Source: Synechococcales cyanobacterium VAR_4_metabat_354 (GTDB lineage Bacteria; Cyanobacteriota; Cyanobacteriia; Cyanobacteriales; Chamaesiphonaceae). From it: a DNA stretch of 64,000 nucleotides. Numbering within the stretch: position 1 is the stretch's first letter; each line of letters starts with the position of its first letter. Below are positions 12,792-23,907 of this stretch, in pieces. Made by a program: the position numbers and the translations under genes. The notes beneath the pieces were generated by a model that was given only the letters and a program-made list of their open reading frames with translations, did not search any database and was not told where the DNA came from. The stretch covers positions 244,691-308,690 of the forward strand of contig JANOQI010000062.1 in the NCBI GenBank assembly GCA_031414775.1. Reading direction: 5' to 3'.

Positions 12792-13174
12792 TTTTGCTGG
12801 ATACCCACATTGTAATTTGGTGGATCGATAACAATTCTAGATTATCTCAACGCCATCGACAAATTATTCGAGAGCAACAAAATGATGGATTGGGTATTAG
12901 CATTTACTCTTGTTGGGAAATAGCCAAGTTGGTAGAGTACGGAAAATTAGAATTGAAATTTTCGATTGACGACTGGCTAGAAATTGCTTTATCTCATCCG
13001 AACTTGCGATTGTTTGATCTAACCATCCCAATTGTTATCAGATCAACAAAATTAACCGGCTTTCACAAAGATCCAGCAGATCAAATTATTGTAGCAACTT
13101 CCATAATTTCAGAAATTCCTTTGTTAACACCAGATGATAAAATCATTGCCTATCCTGATGTCATCACCCTGTAG
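12788..13174 (+). CDS. PIN domain (VapC-type) toxin
   Basis: ILLDTHIVIWW, SCWEIA, HKDPADQIIVAT, LLTPD. Confidence 0.9.
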   Translation: MILLDTHIVIWWIDNNSRLSQRHRQIIREQQNDGLGISIYSCWEIAKLVEYGKLELKFSIDDWLEIALSHPNLRLFDLTIPIVIRSTKLTGFHKDPADQIIVATSIISEIPLLTPDDKIIAYPDVITL

Positions 13175-13279
13175 TTAGCAAGATCGTCCTCCAATGCAGC
13201 GCCGACCAAATATTTGCAGCTGGCTGCTAAAGCGCAGAACAAGCGATAATCGAGGATGGTTCTTTGGAGTACTAGAAAT

Positions 13280-14698
13280 ATGAGTCAGCCCCAAGCTTGG
13301 AGTAAACGGTTCGATGGCACCCTCCATCCCGCCATCGTCGAATTCAACGCCAGTATTGGCTTTGATATCCAGCTGATTGAATACGACCTGGATGGTTCGA
13401 TCGCCCACGCCCAAATGCTAGCCCATACTGGCATCATCACCAACGACGAAGCCCACCAACTCACTACTGGCCTAGAACAAATCCGTCAAGAACATCGCCA
13501 GGGTCAACTGCCGATCAGCATTGACCTCGAAGACGTACATTTTGCCGTCGAAAAAAGACTGATTGTGATCGTCGGCGATGTCGGCAAAAAACTCCATACC
13601 GCCCGCTCCCGCAACGACCAAGTCGGCACCGATACCCGCCTTTATCTCCGTGCCCAGATTGACACCATTCGGCAACAGCTCCGCGATTGGCAAAAAACCT
13701 TGTTGAAACTCGCCGAGAGTAACGTCGAAACCTTAATTCCGGGCTATACCCATCTACAACGGGCACAGCCAATTAGTCTGGCACATCATTTGTTGGCTTA
13801 TTTTGAAATGGCACAACGAGACTGGGAGCGGCTCGGCGATGTCCGCAAGCGAGTCAATATTTCGCCTTTGGGCTGTGGAGCCTTAGCCGGTACCACCTTG
13901 AAGATCGATCGATCTTTCACTGCCGAAAAATTAGGTTTTGCCAGTATTTACGCCAATAGCTTGGACGGAGTGAGCGATCGAGATTTTGCGATCGAGTTTC
14001 TAGCCGCTGCTAGTCTAATCATGGTGCATCTCAGTCGGCTAGCCGAGGAAGTGATTTTTTGGGCAACCCAAGAAGCCGGATTTATTAAATTAACCGATCG
14101 CTGTGCCACCGGTTCCAGCATTATGCCCCAAAAGAAAAACCCGGATGTGGCGGAGCTAGTACGAGGCAAAACTGGGCGGGTATTTGGCAACTTGCAAGCG
14201 ATGCTGACGATTATGAAGGGCTTGCCCTTGGCCTACAACAAAGATTTACAAGAAGACAAAGAAGGACTGTTTGACACGGTGAAAACCGTGCAGGTTTGTT
14301 TGACGGCCATGATCGTGCTGTTCCAAGAGGGGCTAGAATTTCAGCCGGAGCGGTTAGAGCAAGCCGTGAATGAGGATTTCTCTAACGCCACCGATGTAGC
14401 CGATTATTTGGTGACCAAGAATGTACCCTTTCGAGAAGCCTACAACATGGTTGGGCCAGTGGTGAAGACTTGTTTGCAAGCTAATAAACTGCTCAAGGAT
14501 TTAACCTTGGCCGAATGGCAGGTAATCCACCCAGCATTTGAGATGGATATTTATCAGGCGATCGAACCCCGGCAAGTGGTAGCCGCCCGAAATAGTTATG
14601 GGGGGACGGGGTTTGAACAGGTAAGAGCCATGATCGACAGGTCGCAGCAATTGCTAGCTGTACCGAATGAATCGACTACCAACATAACGGATATCTAA
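13280..14698 (+). CDS. argH: Argininosuccinate lyase
   Basis: [35 protein letters not shown] 13280 follows GGAG. Confidence 0.97.
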   Translation: MSQPQAWSKRFDGTLHPAIVEFNASIGFDIQLIEYDLDGSIAHAQMLAHTGIITNDEAHQLTTGLEQIRQEHRQGQLPISIDLEDVHFAVEKRLIVIVGDVGKKLHTARSRNDQVGTDTRLYLRAQIDTIRQQLRDWQKTLLKLAESNVETLIPGYTHLQRAQPISLAHHLLAYFEMAQRDWERLGDVRKRVNISPLGCGALAGTTLKIDRSFTAEKLGFASIYANSLDGVSDRDFAIEFLAAASLIMVHLSRLAEEVIFWATQEAGFIKLTDRCATGSSIMPQKKNPDVAELVRGKTGRVFGNLQAMLTIMKGLPLAYNKDLQEDKEGLFDTVKTVQVCLTAMIVLFQEGLEFQPERLEQAVNEDFSNATDVADYLVTKNVPFREAYNMVGPVVKTCLQANKLLKDLTLAEWQVIHPAFEMDIYQAIEPRQVVAARNSYGGTGFEQVRAMIDRSQQLLAVPNESTTNITDI

Positions 14699-14740
14699 AT
14701 CTAAGACCCAAAGTACAAGATTGGTGACTAAATCTCGCAG

Positions 14741-15607
14741 TTACCTTACTACTGGTTGATGAAAACGGATTAACTGCGCCAACGTCTGGCGCAGCTTCGG
14801 ACGCGACACAATCATATCCACAAATCCGTGCTCAAAATAATATTCAGAAGTCTGGAAATTATCGGGCAACTTTTCACGCACCGTTTGCTCAATCACCCGC
14901 CGACCCGAAAAGCCGATCGTCGCCTTTGGCTCGGCCACAATAATATCACCCAGCATTGCAAAGCTAGCAATTACCCCGCCCGTGGTGGGATTAGTCAAAA
15001 CTGGAATATACAACAACTTCGCTTCTTGATGACGCGCCAGCGCCGCCGAAATCTTGGCCATTTGCATCAGGCTGAGCATTCCTTCCTGCATCCGAGCACC
15101 GCCCGAAGCACAAACAATGATTGCTGGTATTTGCAGTTGAGTACACTGCTCCAGCATTCGCGCTAGCTTTTCGCCCACCACCGAACCCATACTACCGCCC
15201 ATAAAGCGGAAATCCATTACTCCCAAGCCAACTTTTTGACCCTCCATCTCACCAAGGCCAGTGGTCACAGCATCAATCAAACCGGTTTTTTCTTGATTTT
15301 CCTTGAGTTGCTCGCTATAAGCTTTGCGGGCAAAAAACTTGAGAGGGTCGGTGGGGTGGATTTGTTCATCCAAGGATTGCCAAGTACCGCCATCAATTAA
15401 CTGATGAACTCGCTCTTCGCTGGTAATTCGCTGGTGATGTCCGCATTCGAGGCAAACCATCTGATTGGCTTTTAAGTCTTTGCTGTAGGCGATCGCCGCG
15501 CAACTGCCACATTTAGCCCACAGTCCATCAGCAATTTCTCGTTCTTGCTGCGGTTGAATTGCGGGGTCAGTTTTTTGGCGATTGGCGAACCAGTCAATGA
15601 GGGTCAT
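14741..15607 (-). CDS. accD: Acetyl-CoA carboxylase carboxyltransferase beta subunit
   Basis: Zn finger CxxC..Cxx[23 protein letters not shown]. Confidence 0.97.
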   Translation of the reverse strand: MTLIDWFANRQKTDPAIQPQQEREIADGLWAKCGSCAAIAYSKDLKANQMVCLECGHHQRITSEERVHQLIDGGTWQSLDEQIHPTDPLKFFARKAYSEQLKENQEKTGLIDAVTTGLGEMEGQKVGLGVMDFRFMGGSMGSVVGEKLARMLEQCTQLQIPAIIVCASGGARMQEGMLSLMQMAKISAALARHQEAKLLYIPVLTNPTTGGVIASFAMLGDIIVAEPKATIGFSGRRVIEQTVREKLPDNFQTSEYYFEHGFVDMIVSRPKLRQTLAQLIRFHQPVVR

Positions 15608-15680
15608 AAGCTTTCAATTTGAATGCGGTGGAGTGAAAACAGACTGTCAAATATTATCGCTTGTTTCGCAACTTCCTGGA

Positions 15681-17150
15681 TCAAGATCGTTTTGGAGCTG
15701 TGCTGCTGGCGGTGAGGTGATGAAAACGCCAAACAAATGCCAGGGCGGCAATCGCTACTCCGATCGATTGGCCCATCCATAAACCAACGCCCCCTAAAGG
15801 AGTGTGAAAACCCAGCAGATAGCCGCTGGTGAGACCCACTCCCCAAAAAGCGACTAAGCTCAACAGCGTTGGTATTTTGGTATCTTGCAACCCGTAGAGC
15901 GCCCCGATCGCGATTTTTTGTAGCCCATCAATGATTTGCGCTACAGCAGCGATTTGCAATATTGGTTTGGTTGCCGCGATCACCGCAGCGTTCTGGGGAT
16001 TGGACAAGTCGAGATAAAAGCCAATAATTTGACCGGGGAAAACTAGGAAAGCGATCGCGAGGATGGTCATACATCCAGCGCCCATCACTAAGCTAACCCG
16101 ACCAGCCCGTCTGATTCCACGACGATCATGTTTTCCCCACCATTGCGCGACGCGGATAGTAGCAGATTGAGACATTCCTAAGGGCACCATGAAAGTGATC
16201 GTCACCGTTTGAAAAACAATTTGGTGGGCAGCCAACAGGTTAGTGCCCAACAGTCCCATCAGGTAAGTGATGGTCGTAAATAAACCAAATTCTAAGGTGA
16301 TGGATAAGCCGATCGGTAGACCCAGCCAAAATATTTCTTTAAAAACTGGGAAATGCAGTGGTGGCCAAGCATGGAGCAGTCGATATTTTTGTAATGCTTG
16401 ATTTTTCCATATGTAGACCAAGAGTGCTAGAAACATCATCCAGAGTGCAAACACACTAGAGATGGCCAAGCCAGCAATTTCTAGTCGGGGAAACCCCAAC
16501 TTACCAAAGCCTAGAACATAGTTACCTAGTACATTAAGAATGGTGCCGCCGCCCATAATCATCATCACCGGGCGCACTTCAGACAGAGCTGATATCACAC
16601 TGCGCAACAGGGCAAATCCCAAGGCTGGGAATAAACCCCACTGCATAATATCGAGATAAGTATTACCTAAAACCACGGTGTTTTCGGCCTGTCCCCACTG
16701 GAGCATCAACACTTCTACATGGGCAACACACCACATGTTCGGAATAGTGAGACCCAAAACTAACCAATAGCCTTGACCCACTACTTGGGTAATTCGATCT
16801 TTTTGACCAGCGCCGTCAGCGGCAGCCACGATCGGACTAACACCGATCACCACGCCGACTGCTGTAAACAAAAAGATGGTGAAAGTCATAGAGGCCAGCC
16901 CACCTGCTGCCAATGTTTCTGGTCCCAGCCGCCCCATCATTAGGGTATCAGCCAAGCCGATCGCCGATTGGGCTAGTTGGGCGCTAATTAAGGGAATCGC
17001 TAGTTTTAGAAACTCCTGGATTTCGATTTTAATTTCTTTGGGGAGATGTGAGCGAGACCAGCCAAAATTCATGAAAACTCGTGGAGGCGGATTGTTTGTT
17101 GAGCTTGAAAATGCATCACCCAGATTCCCGGTGTATTCTAGTAGAGACAT
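15681..17150 (-). CDS. MATE family efflux transporter
   Basis: FLKLAIP, DTLMMGRLG..LAAGGL, multiple TM helices; start may be ATG 17072. Confidence 0.9.
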   Translation of the reverse strand: MSLLEYTGNLGDAFSSSTNNPPPRVFMNFGWSRSHLPKEIKIEIQEFLKLAIPLISAQLAQSAIGLADTLMMGRLGPETLAAGGLASMTFTIFLFTAVGVVIGVSPIVAAADGAGQKDRITQVVGQGYWLVLGLTIPNMWCVAHVEVLMLQWGQAENTVVLGNTYLDIMQWGLFPALGFALLRSVISALSEVRPVMMIMGGGTILNVLGNYVLGFGKLGFPRLEIAGLAISSVFALWMMFLALLVYIWKNQALQKYRLLHAWPPLHFPVFKEIFWLGLPIGLSITLEFGLFTTITYLMGLLGTNLLAAHQIVFQTVTITFMVPLGMSQSATIRVAQWWGKHDRRGIRRAGRVSLVMGAGCMTILAIAFLVFPGQIIGFYLDLSNPQNAAVIAATKPILQIAAVAQIIDGLQKIAIGALYGLQDTKIPTLLSLVAFWGVGLTSGYLLGFHTPLGGVGLWMGQSIGVAIAALAFVWRFHHLTASSTAPKRS

Positions 17151-17197
17151 GGGCTGTGCATCCGGCCTTTACAATGAATCACTAATGAGCCGAGTTC

Positions 17198-18610
17198 ATG
17201 AATCCAGAAACATTGGCGAAATTACGAGACTACTGTCGAGATGACGCAGCTTTTGAGCAGCTCACTCAGGCTTTGCAGGCTGAGTTTCAACCGCTTCAGC
17301 AAGCGATCGATCAAGCTGGGCAGCAGCAAACGCTGTTTCGGGTAATTGGTCGCATTCGGGAATCTTTAGACTTAGAAACGATTTTTCAGACCACTGCGAT
17401 CGAAGTGCGTCAGCTTTTACAGGCTGATCGAGTAGGAATGTTTCGGTTCCATCCAGATACGGGCTGGGATGATGGCGAATTTGTGTCTGAAGACGTTGAT
17501 TCAGCCTTCTCATCGGCCATTGCCCACAAAATCCATGATCATTGCTTTGGTGATCAGTTTGCCGTTCATTACGAGCAAGGACGGATTCAGGCAGTAGCTG
17601 ATATTCACCATGCCGGTTTAAGCGAATGTCACATTCAGATTCTATCGCAATTTCAGGTGCGTGCTAACTTGGCGGTGCCTCTCTTACAAGGCCGAAAATT
17701 GTGGGGACTACTTTGTATTCATCAATGTTCTGCGCCTCGGCAGTGGCAGCCGATCGAGATTGAATTTGTTGGTCAGATCGCCAACCACCTCGGAGCTGCC
17801 CTCCAACACGCCGAACTGCTGACCGAGCTGCGGATCGAAGTGGCTGAGAGGAAACAAGCTCAAGAGCAAGCCCAAGCCCTGAATCAAGGACTGCGCCAAG
17901 CGGTCATTGAACTTAAGGCTGTCAACCACGAACTAGAATCTTTTAGCTATTCTGTTTCCCATGATTTGCGCGCACCTTTACGCAGCGTTGATGGTTTTAG
18001 TCAGGCACTGTTAGAAGACTGCTCCGAGCAATTGGATGCCTCTGGCCAAAACTATCTCCAGCGCATTCGCGCCGCCACTCAGCGGATGGGTAATTTAATC
18101 GACGATTTGCTGACCCTCTCGCGGGTGATTCGCAGCGATATTCGGATTGAATCGGTTAATCTCAGCCGGTTAGCCAGCAATATCTGTGCCGAGTTTCAGC
18201 GGACTCAGATCGATCGACAGATCGAGTTTGTAATTAAACCAGGCTTACTGGCCAGCGGCGATGAACGGTTACTACAAGTAGTACTAGAAAATTTATTGAA
18301 CAACGCTGTCAAATTTACCTCCAAGCATTCTCAGGCTAGAATTGAACTGGGTACGATCGTTCAGGAAGACGGCAGTTTGGTTTACTTCGTGCGGGATGAT
18401 GGGGTCGGATTCGATATGAACTATGCTGATAAATTGTTTAGCCCCTTTCAGCGCTTGCACGGGATGCAAGAATTTCAGGGTAATGGCATTGGACTGGCTA
18501 CCGTCCAGCGAGTGATCAGGCGGCATGGTGGCCGGGTTTGGGCAGAAAGTGCTGTCGAGGGTGGGGCAACGTTTTACTTTACGTTGGCCGCCGAGGAAAT
18601 AAACTCATGA
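17198..18610 (+). CDS. Cyanobacteriochrome (DXCF GAF) sensor histidine kinase
   Basis: GAF with DHCF and CH motifs; SHDLRAPLR H-box; HATPase boxes. Confidence 0.85.
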   Translation: MNPETLAKLRDYCRDDAAFEQLTQALQAEFQPLQQAIDQAGQQQTLFRVIGRIRESLDLETIFQTTAIEVRQLLQADRVGMFRFHPDTGWDDGEFVSEDVDSAFSSAIAHKIHDHCFGDQFAVHYEQGRIQAVADIHHAGLSECHIQILSQFQVRANLAVPLLQGRKLWGLLCIHQCSAPRQWQPIEIEFVGQIANHLGAALQHAELLTELRIEVAERKQAQEQAQALNQGLRQAVIELKAVNHELESFSYSVSHDLRAPLRSVDGFSQALLEDCSEQLDASGQNYLQRIRAATQRMGNLIDDLLTLSRVIRSDIRIESVNLSRLASNICAEFQRTQIDRQIEFVIKPGLLASGDERLLQVVLENLLNNAVKFTSKHSQARIELGTIVQEDGSLVYFVRDDGVGFDMNYADKLFSPFQRLHGMQEFQGNGIGLATVQRVIRRHGGRVWAESAVEGGATFYFTLAAEEINS

Positions 18611-19056
18611 GCGACAGCATTAACACCAAAAGTATTTTGTTGGTAGAAGACAATCCTGATGACGAAGCTTTGGCGATTCGGGCGCTCAAACGCCATCATA
18701 TCAGTAATGAGATTGTGGTAGCGCGAGATGGCGTTGAAGCCCTAGACTATCTGTTTGCTAGAGGCGTACATACTGGACGCGATACCAGTAGCAAGCCCAC
18801 TGTAGTGTTACTCGATCTCAAGCTGCCCCGAGTCGATGGCTTAGAGGTGCTGCGTCAGTTACGGGCAGACGATCGTACCCGCTTGTTACCAGTAGTGGTA
18901 TTGACCACCTCTAGTGAAGAACAAGATATGCTAAGTAGTTATAGTCTTGGTTGTAATAGTTATATTCGTAAGCCAGTAGATTTCATCCAGTTTTCGGAGG
19001 CAATTCGGCAACTAGGAATGTATTGGCTATTAATCAATGAAGCACCACCACTTTAG
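18607..19056 (+). CDS. Single-domain response regulator (Rcp1-like)
   Basis: LLVEDN, LLDLKLP, VVLTTS, YIRKP; ATG 18607 overlaps the kinase stop. Confidence 0.9.
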   Translation: MSDSINTKSILLVEDNPDDEALAIRALKRHHISNEIVVARDGVEALDYLFARGVHTGRDTSSKPTVVLLDLKLPRVDGLEVLRQLRADDRTRLLPVVVLTTSSEEQDMLSSYSLGCNSYIRKPVDFIQFSEAIRQLGMYWLLINEAPPL

Positions 19057-19083
19057 CCAAAAGTCTATAGGAGACGACTTAAG

Positions 19084-21021
19084 ATGAATCTTCGTGATCT
19101 GCGAGTTTTGATTGTTGAGGATTCGGAAGACGATATGTTTCTGACCCTGCGCGCCTTGCGGCGGGGTGGCTATAATCCAGACTATGTGAGGGTGGATACG
19201 CCATTGGCGATGCAGACGGCTCTTGAACAAGAATCGTGGGATGTCGTAATTGCTGACTACACCTTGCCAGCTTTTAGTGCCCCTGATGCTCTAAAGCTGT
19301 TGCAAAGCCAGCAGCAAGATTTGCCTTTTATTATTGTTTCGGGCACCATCGGCGAAGAAGTAGCCGTGGCGGCCATGAAATCTGGCGCTCATGATTATTT
19401 AATTAAAGGTCATTTGGCTCGCTTAGTACCGGCAGTGGAGCGAGAATTACGAGAGGCTGCCGAACGGCAAAAACAACGCCAAACTCTACAGGCTCTACTA
19501 GATACTGAGCAAAAAATTCGGGAACAAGCGGCGCTCATCAATATTGCTTCGGATGCGATTTTTGTCTGTGATTTGGCCAACAATATTATCTTTTGGAATC
19601 ACGGCGCTCAGCGGCTGTACGGTTGGACGGCTGAGGAAGTTTTAGGGAAGAATGCATCTTCTCTTTTATACCGAGAACTACTGCCGCCAGGAGCTGCAAT
19701 TCCGCCAGCGGTGTTTGCCGTCGGGGAATGGCAAGGAGAATTGCACAAAATCAACAAAAATGATCTGCGGGTGATTGTGGCAACTCGGTTAACTCTGGTG
19801 CGGGATGGTGCTGGAGAACCCTATCAGGTTCTTTCCGTTGATACTGATATCACTGAGAAAAAACAACTAGAAGCTCAATTCTTACGGGTGCAAAGGCTAG
19901 AAAGCCTGGGTACCTTGGCCAGCGGCATTGCCCACGATTTCAACAATATTTTGACCCCGATTTTAGCGATCGCCCAAACGATGTCGGTAAAATCCGATTA
20001 CAGCAATGACCAACGCCGACATCTGTTAAAAGTGATTGAAGACAGTGCCAAACGCGGCGCTGGATTGGTCAAGCAAATTTTGGCCTTTGCCCAAGGAGCT
20101 GAAGGGGAACGAGCACCTTTGCAAGTCCGTCACTTGTTATCGGAGATGGTACAGGTGGCGCGTCAGACTTTTCCGAAAACTATAGAAATTAGTACTGATA
20201 TTCCCACTAATGATCTGTGGACAGTGGCGGCTGATGCTACTCAGCTACATCAAGTGTTGATGAATCTCTGTGTCAATGCCCGGGATGCGATGCCGAAGGG
20301 TGGGACACTCAGTCTAGCCGTGGAAAATAAACTAATCGATGAGTCCTATGCTCGTTTGAATTTGGAAGCGCACACTGGTGCCCATGTGGTGATCACGATT
20401 ATGGATACAGGTATGGGTATTGCGGCTGAATTGCTCGATCGCATTTTTGATCCTTTTTTCACAACCAAGGCACTGGGCAAAGGAACGGGGCTAGGTCTTT
20501 CCACAGTTTTGGGGATTGTGAAAAATCATGGTGGTTTTGTCAAAGTTTATAGTGAAATTGGTAATGGTACTCAATTCAAAGTGTATCTACCAGCGATCGA
20601 AGATAATATTATTACAGCCCTTGACGATCGATCATTAGTGAGTGGCCACCAAGAGTTGATTTTAATTGTGGACGATGAGCCACTAATTCAGCAAGTGACT
20701 CAAGTGGCTTTAGAACTCAGCAACTATCGCACTTTGTTGGCCAGTGATGGCCGGGAGGCGATCGAACTCTATCGTCAACACCACGATGAAATCAGCTTGG
20801 TGTTAATGGATAGCATGATGCCATCAATGGATGGTTTGACGGCTTGCTACGCTTTGCAGCAGCTGAATCCACTCGTGCGGATCGTGGCCACTAGTGGTTT
20901 GACTTCTAATAGTTTATTTACCCAAGGAGCTAATATTGGGGTGCAGGCATTTTTAGCTAAGCCTTATTCGATCGAAGATTTGTTGGACACACTTCAGCAA
21001 GTTCTCCAGACCATTGACTAA
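19084..21021 (+). CDS. Hybrid histidine kinase (REC-PAS-HisKA-HATPase-REC)
   Basis: N-terminal REC, PAS (FWNHGAQRLYGW), AHDFNNIL, C-terminal REC. Confidence 0.9.
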   Translation: MNLRDLRVLIVEDSEDDMFLTLRALRRGGYNPDYVRVDTPLAMQTALEQESWDVVIADYTLPAFSAPDALKLLQSQQQDLPFIIVSGTIGEEVAVAAMKSGAHDYLIKGHLARLVPAVERELREAAERQKQRQTLQALLDTEQKIREQAALINIASDAIFVCDLANNIIFWNHGAQRLYGWTAEEVLGKNASSLLYRELLPPGAAIPPAVFAVGEWQGELHKINKNDLRVIVATRLTLVRDGAGEPYQVLSVDTDITEKKQLEAQFLRVQRLESLGTLASGIAHDFNNILTPILAIAQTMSVKSDYSNDQRRHLLKVIEDSAKRGAGLVKQILAFAQGAEGERAPLQVRHLLSEMVQVARQTFPKTIEISTDIPTNDLWTVAADATQLHQVLMNLCVNARDAMPKGGTLSLAVENKLIDESYARLNLEAHTGAHVVITIMDTGMGIAAELLDRIFDPFFTTKALGKGTGLGLSTVLGIVKNHGGFVKVYSEIGNGTQFKVYLPAIEDNIITALDDRSLVSGHQELILIVDDEPLIQQVTQVALELSNYRTLLASDGREAIELYRQHHDEISLVLMDSMMPSMDGLTACYALQQLNPLVRIVATSGLTSNSLFTQGANIGVQAFLAKPYSIEDLLDTLQQVLQTID

Positions 21022-21038
21022 CAGCCTATAATTTCCAG

Positions 21039-21464
21039 ATGATGACAACTCTAGCCGCCGAAGAAATCCTGTGGGACTTGAAAGATCTCGATCAAACAGC
21101 CACCACCCAGCAACGTACTGAAATTCAGGCCGCTCTGCAAACTCTTACCGCTGCCGCCGACTATCACATTTTTGGCGTGTGTGCTGAGCAGCAATCAGCT
21201 GGACTACAAGCATTGCAGGGCTACGCCCAGTATTTTGGCTATGTGCTGACTACGGCGATGGGGCAAGAGCTACCGCAGATCGCTGGCGCGGTATATCTAA
21301 AATTCAATCCTCGATCGCAACGTCTTTACGTTGATACTTACAATGGCAACTATCGTGGTGTGTTAGTTTCTTTTCAGTCCGATGTAGCTGATGGCTATGG
21401 CGGTACTCACGGTCATTTCCCCTTAGACCTATTCGCTGGCAAAAGAGAAAGCTCTGCCATCTAA
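21039..21464 (+). CDS. DUF1824-like cyanobacterial protein
   Basis: GVCA..., VYLKFN, Y.G.YRGVLVSFQ, GTHGHFPLDLF. Confidence 0.75.
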   Translation: MMTTLAAEEILWDLKDLDQTATTQQRTEIQAALQTLTAAADYHIFGVCAEQQSAGLQALQGYAQYFGYVLTTAMGQELPQIAGAVYLKFNPRSQRLYVDTYNGNYRGVLVSFQSDVADGYGGTHGHFPLDLFAGKRESSAI

Positions 21465-21509
21465 TAGCAGAGCCTTTCCTAGTATCAACAAATCAAAATA
21501 CTACTAAAT

Positions 21510-23684
21510 CTATTTGATAAATAGCATTTCTTGATAAGTTGGTAGCGGCCAAGCCTGGTCGGAGACTTCCCCTTCCAAAGCATCCACAGATTGCCGCAAT
21601 TCGTCCATCGCCGGCCGAATCACTTGGGCACAGTGCTGCATATGCTCCTCCACCGAGGCAAAGTCGTGTTGATGAGTAGCAGTGCTGAGTTTATCAACAG
21701 CCTGATTCATCACATTGGTCAAACCAGCAATCTTTTCAGCGCTGCTTTTGTCCAACTCAATCCCCACATCTTTTAGGTGTTTGATAGTGCCAGCTAGTTC
21801 AGACAAATACTCCACAGCTGCGGGGTAGACCACGGTCTTGGCTAGGCTAGTTGCGAGCCGCGATTCTACTTCGATCGATAGAATGTACTGCTCGGCATAA
21901 GTCTCAAAGCGACTAGCCAATTCAACAGCTGACAGTACTCCAGTCTTAGTGAATAGGTCTTGAATGTAGCCTTCCTTCAAGACTGGTAAAGCATCCGCCG
22001 TAGTGCGTAAGTTAGCCAAACCTCGTTCTTCCACGGCCATTTTGTGCCATTCTGCCGAATAACCATTGCCGTTGAAAATTATGGCATCATGATTGTCCAT
22101 GACTTCCTTAAGGATTTGGTGAACAGCCGTATTGATGCTTGCTCCACCAGACAAGGCACTAGATAGCTTGTCTGCCATCCATTCCAACGAATCGGCCAAG
22201 ATCGTGTTCATGGCCACCAAGGGACCTGCTACCGACTGATTGGAGCCGACTGCCCGGAACTCAAAGCGGTTGCCAGTAAAAGCAAAGGGTGAAGTCCGGT
22301 TGCGATCGCCAGCATCTTTGAGTAATAGAGGTAGAGCATCAACACCCAAGTGCATGGAGCCGCTGGTCTGGGAGCTAGTTACGTCGCCACGCTTTAGCTG
22401 TTGGAATACATCATCTATTTGTGAACCCAAATAAATAGACATGATGGCCGGCGGTGCTTCGTTAGCACCCAAGCGGTGGTCGTTACCAGCTGTCGCAATT
22501 ACCGCCCGCAAGAGTGATCCATACTTGTGAATGCCCCGAATGACCGCCCCACAAAATACCAGAAACTGCAAGTTGGTATGCGGCTCATCGCCGGGATCGA
22601 GCAAGTTGCCCTGGGTGGAGTTGCCCACCGACCAGTTGACATGTTTACCGGAGCCGTTGATGCCAGCAAAGGGTTTTTCATGGAGCAAGCAAGCCATACC
22701 GTGTTTTTTGGCAGTTACCCGCAGAACGGTCATAATCATCTGCTGGTGGTCGGTAGCTACGTTGGCCGCTTCATAATACGGAGCGATTTCAAACTGGCCA
22801 GGTGCTACTTCGTTATGTCTGGTTTTGGCTGGAATGCCGAGTCGATAAAGTTGTTCTTCGACATCTTGCATATACACCTGCACCCGCTCTGGAATTACGC
22901 CAAAGTAGTGGTCATCAAACTGTTGACCCTTGGCTGGTGCTTTGCCAAATAGCGTTCTGCCGGCCAGCATTAAATCTGGGCGACTGGTGATAAAACTAGC
23001 ATCTACTAAGAAGTACTCTTGTTCGGCACCACAGCTGGAGTTGACTGTCGCTACTTCGGTGTTGCCTAGCAGTTTCAAGACCTTAATCGCTGCCTTGCTC
23101 ATGGTTGCATTGGAGCGCAACAAAGGTGTTTTCTTGTCGAGAGCTTCACCAGTCCAAGAGATAAAGACGGTGGGAATGCAAAGGGTGACACCATTATCAG
23201 TGCGCATCACATAAGCTGGACTGCTCACATCCCAAGCCGTGTAGCCCCGAGCTTCAAAGGTCGATCGAATGCCGCCATTCGGGAAAGATGACCCATCTGG
23301 TTCACCCTGTACCAACAGTTTGCCCGCAAATTCGGAAATAGCGGTGCCATCACTTTGTACCGAAATAAAACCATCATGCTTCTCGGCGGTGGCGTTAGTT
23401 AAAGGGTAGAAAACGTGAGCGTAATAAAGTGCGCCCTTGGACATTGCCCAGTCTTTCATCGCTGATGCCACCACATCAGCGATGGAGTGGTCGAGCTGCT
23501 CGCCATTCTGGATCGTCTTCTTCAGAGATTTAAAGACATCCTTGGGCAGACGCTCTTGCATTTTGGCGAGACCGAAGACGTCTGTTGCCCAAATATTTTC
23601 CAGCTTGGCTGGCTTTTTCGGAGGCATCGGTGCTCTCTGTGAGATCTGATAAATTGCCTGAAGGCGAGACTTATTTCCACTCAT
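21510..23684 (-). CDS. glnN: Glutamine synthetase type III
   Basis: AEKHD, GEPDGSSFPNGGIRSTFEARGYT, HEKPFAGINGSGKH, DRNRTSPFAFTGNRFEFR. Confidence 0.95.
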   Translation of the reverse strand: MSGNKSRLQAIYQISQRAPMPPKKPAKLENIWATDVFGLAKMQERLPKDVFKSLKKTIQNGEQLDHSIADVVASAMKDWAMSKGALYYAHVFYPLTNATAEKHDGFISVQSDGTAISEFAGKLLVQGEPDGSSFPNGGIRSTFEARGYTAWDVSSPAYVMRTDNGVTLCIPTVFISWTGEALDKKTPLLRSNATMSKAAIKVLKLLGNTEVATVNSSCGAEQEYFLVDASFITSRPDLMLAGRTLFGKAPAKGQQFDDHYFGVIPERVQVYMQDVEEQLYRLGIPAKTRHNEVAPGQFEIAPYYEAANVATDHQQMIMTVLRVTAKKHGMACLLHEKPFAGINGSGKHVNWSVGNSTQGNLLDPGDEPHTNLQFLVFCGAVIRGIHKYGSLLRAVIATAGNDHRLGANEAPPAIMSIYLGSQIDDVFQQLKRGDVTSSQTSGSMHLGVDALPLLLKDAGDRNRTSPFAFTGNRFEFRAVGSNQSVAGPLVAMNTILADSLEWMADKLSSALSGGASINTAVHQILKEVMDNHDAIIFNGNGYSAEWHKMAVEERGLANLRTTADALPVLKEGYIQDLFTKTGVLSAVELASRFETYAEQYILSIEVESRLATSLAKTVVYPAAVEYLSELAGTIKHLKDVGIELDKSSAEKIAGLTNVMNQAVDKLSTATHQHDFASVEEHMQHCAQVIRPAMDELRQSVDALEGEVSDQAWPLPTYQEMLFIK

Positions 23685-23724
23685 TGCTTTTTTTAAATAC
23701 GTGTTGATACATGAACTCTACATG

Positions 23725-23778
23725 ATCGTATTGACAATTCAGACTAGCATTCCGTATCTTCCGATACGGAATGCTAGT
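23725..23778 (-). promoter_or_regulatory. NtcA-type promoter of glnN inside a 36-bp inverted repeat
   Basis: GTA-N8-TAC at 23754-23767; TACGAT -10 (minus strand, 23725-23730) 23 nt downstream; 16-bp perfect arms 23743-23778. Confidence 0.75.
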
Positions 23779-23907
23779 AGCTGACTATTTCTTAATTCTT
23801 CCTTAAGTGTTTTAAAACTAGTCTGGGCTATCAACTCACCTAAAAAATTAACTTGTTAAAAATAGCTATTTCGTTCTAGTTGGAGTGAGATCATGCGGAA
23901 ATTACTG

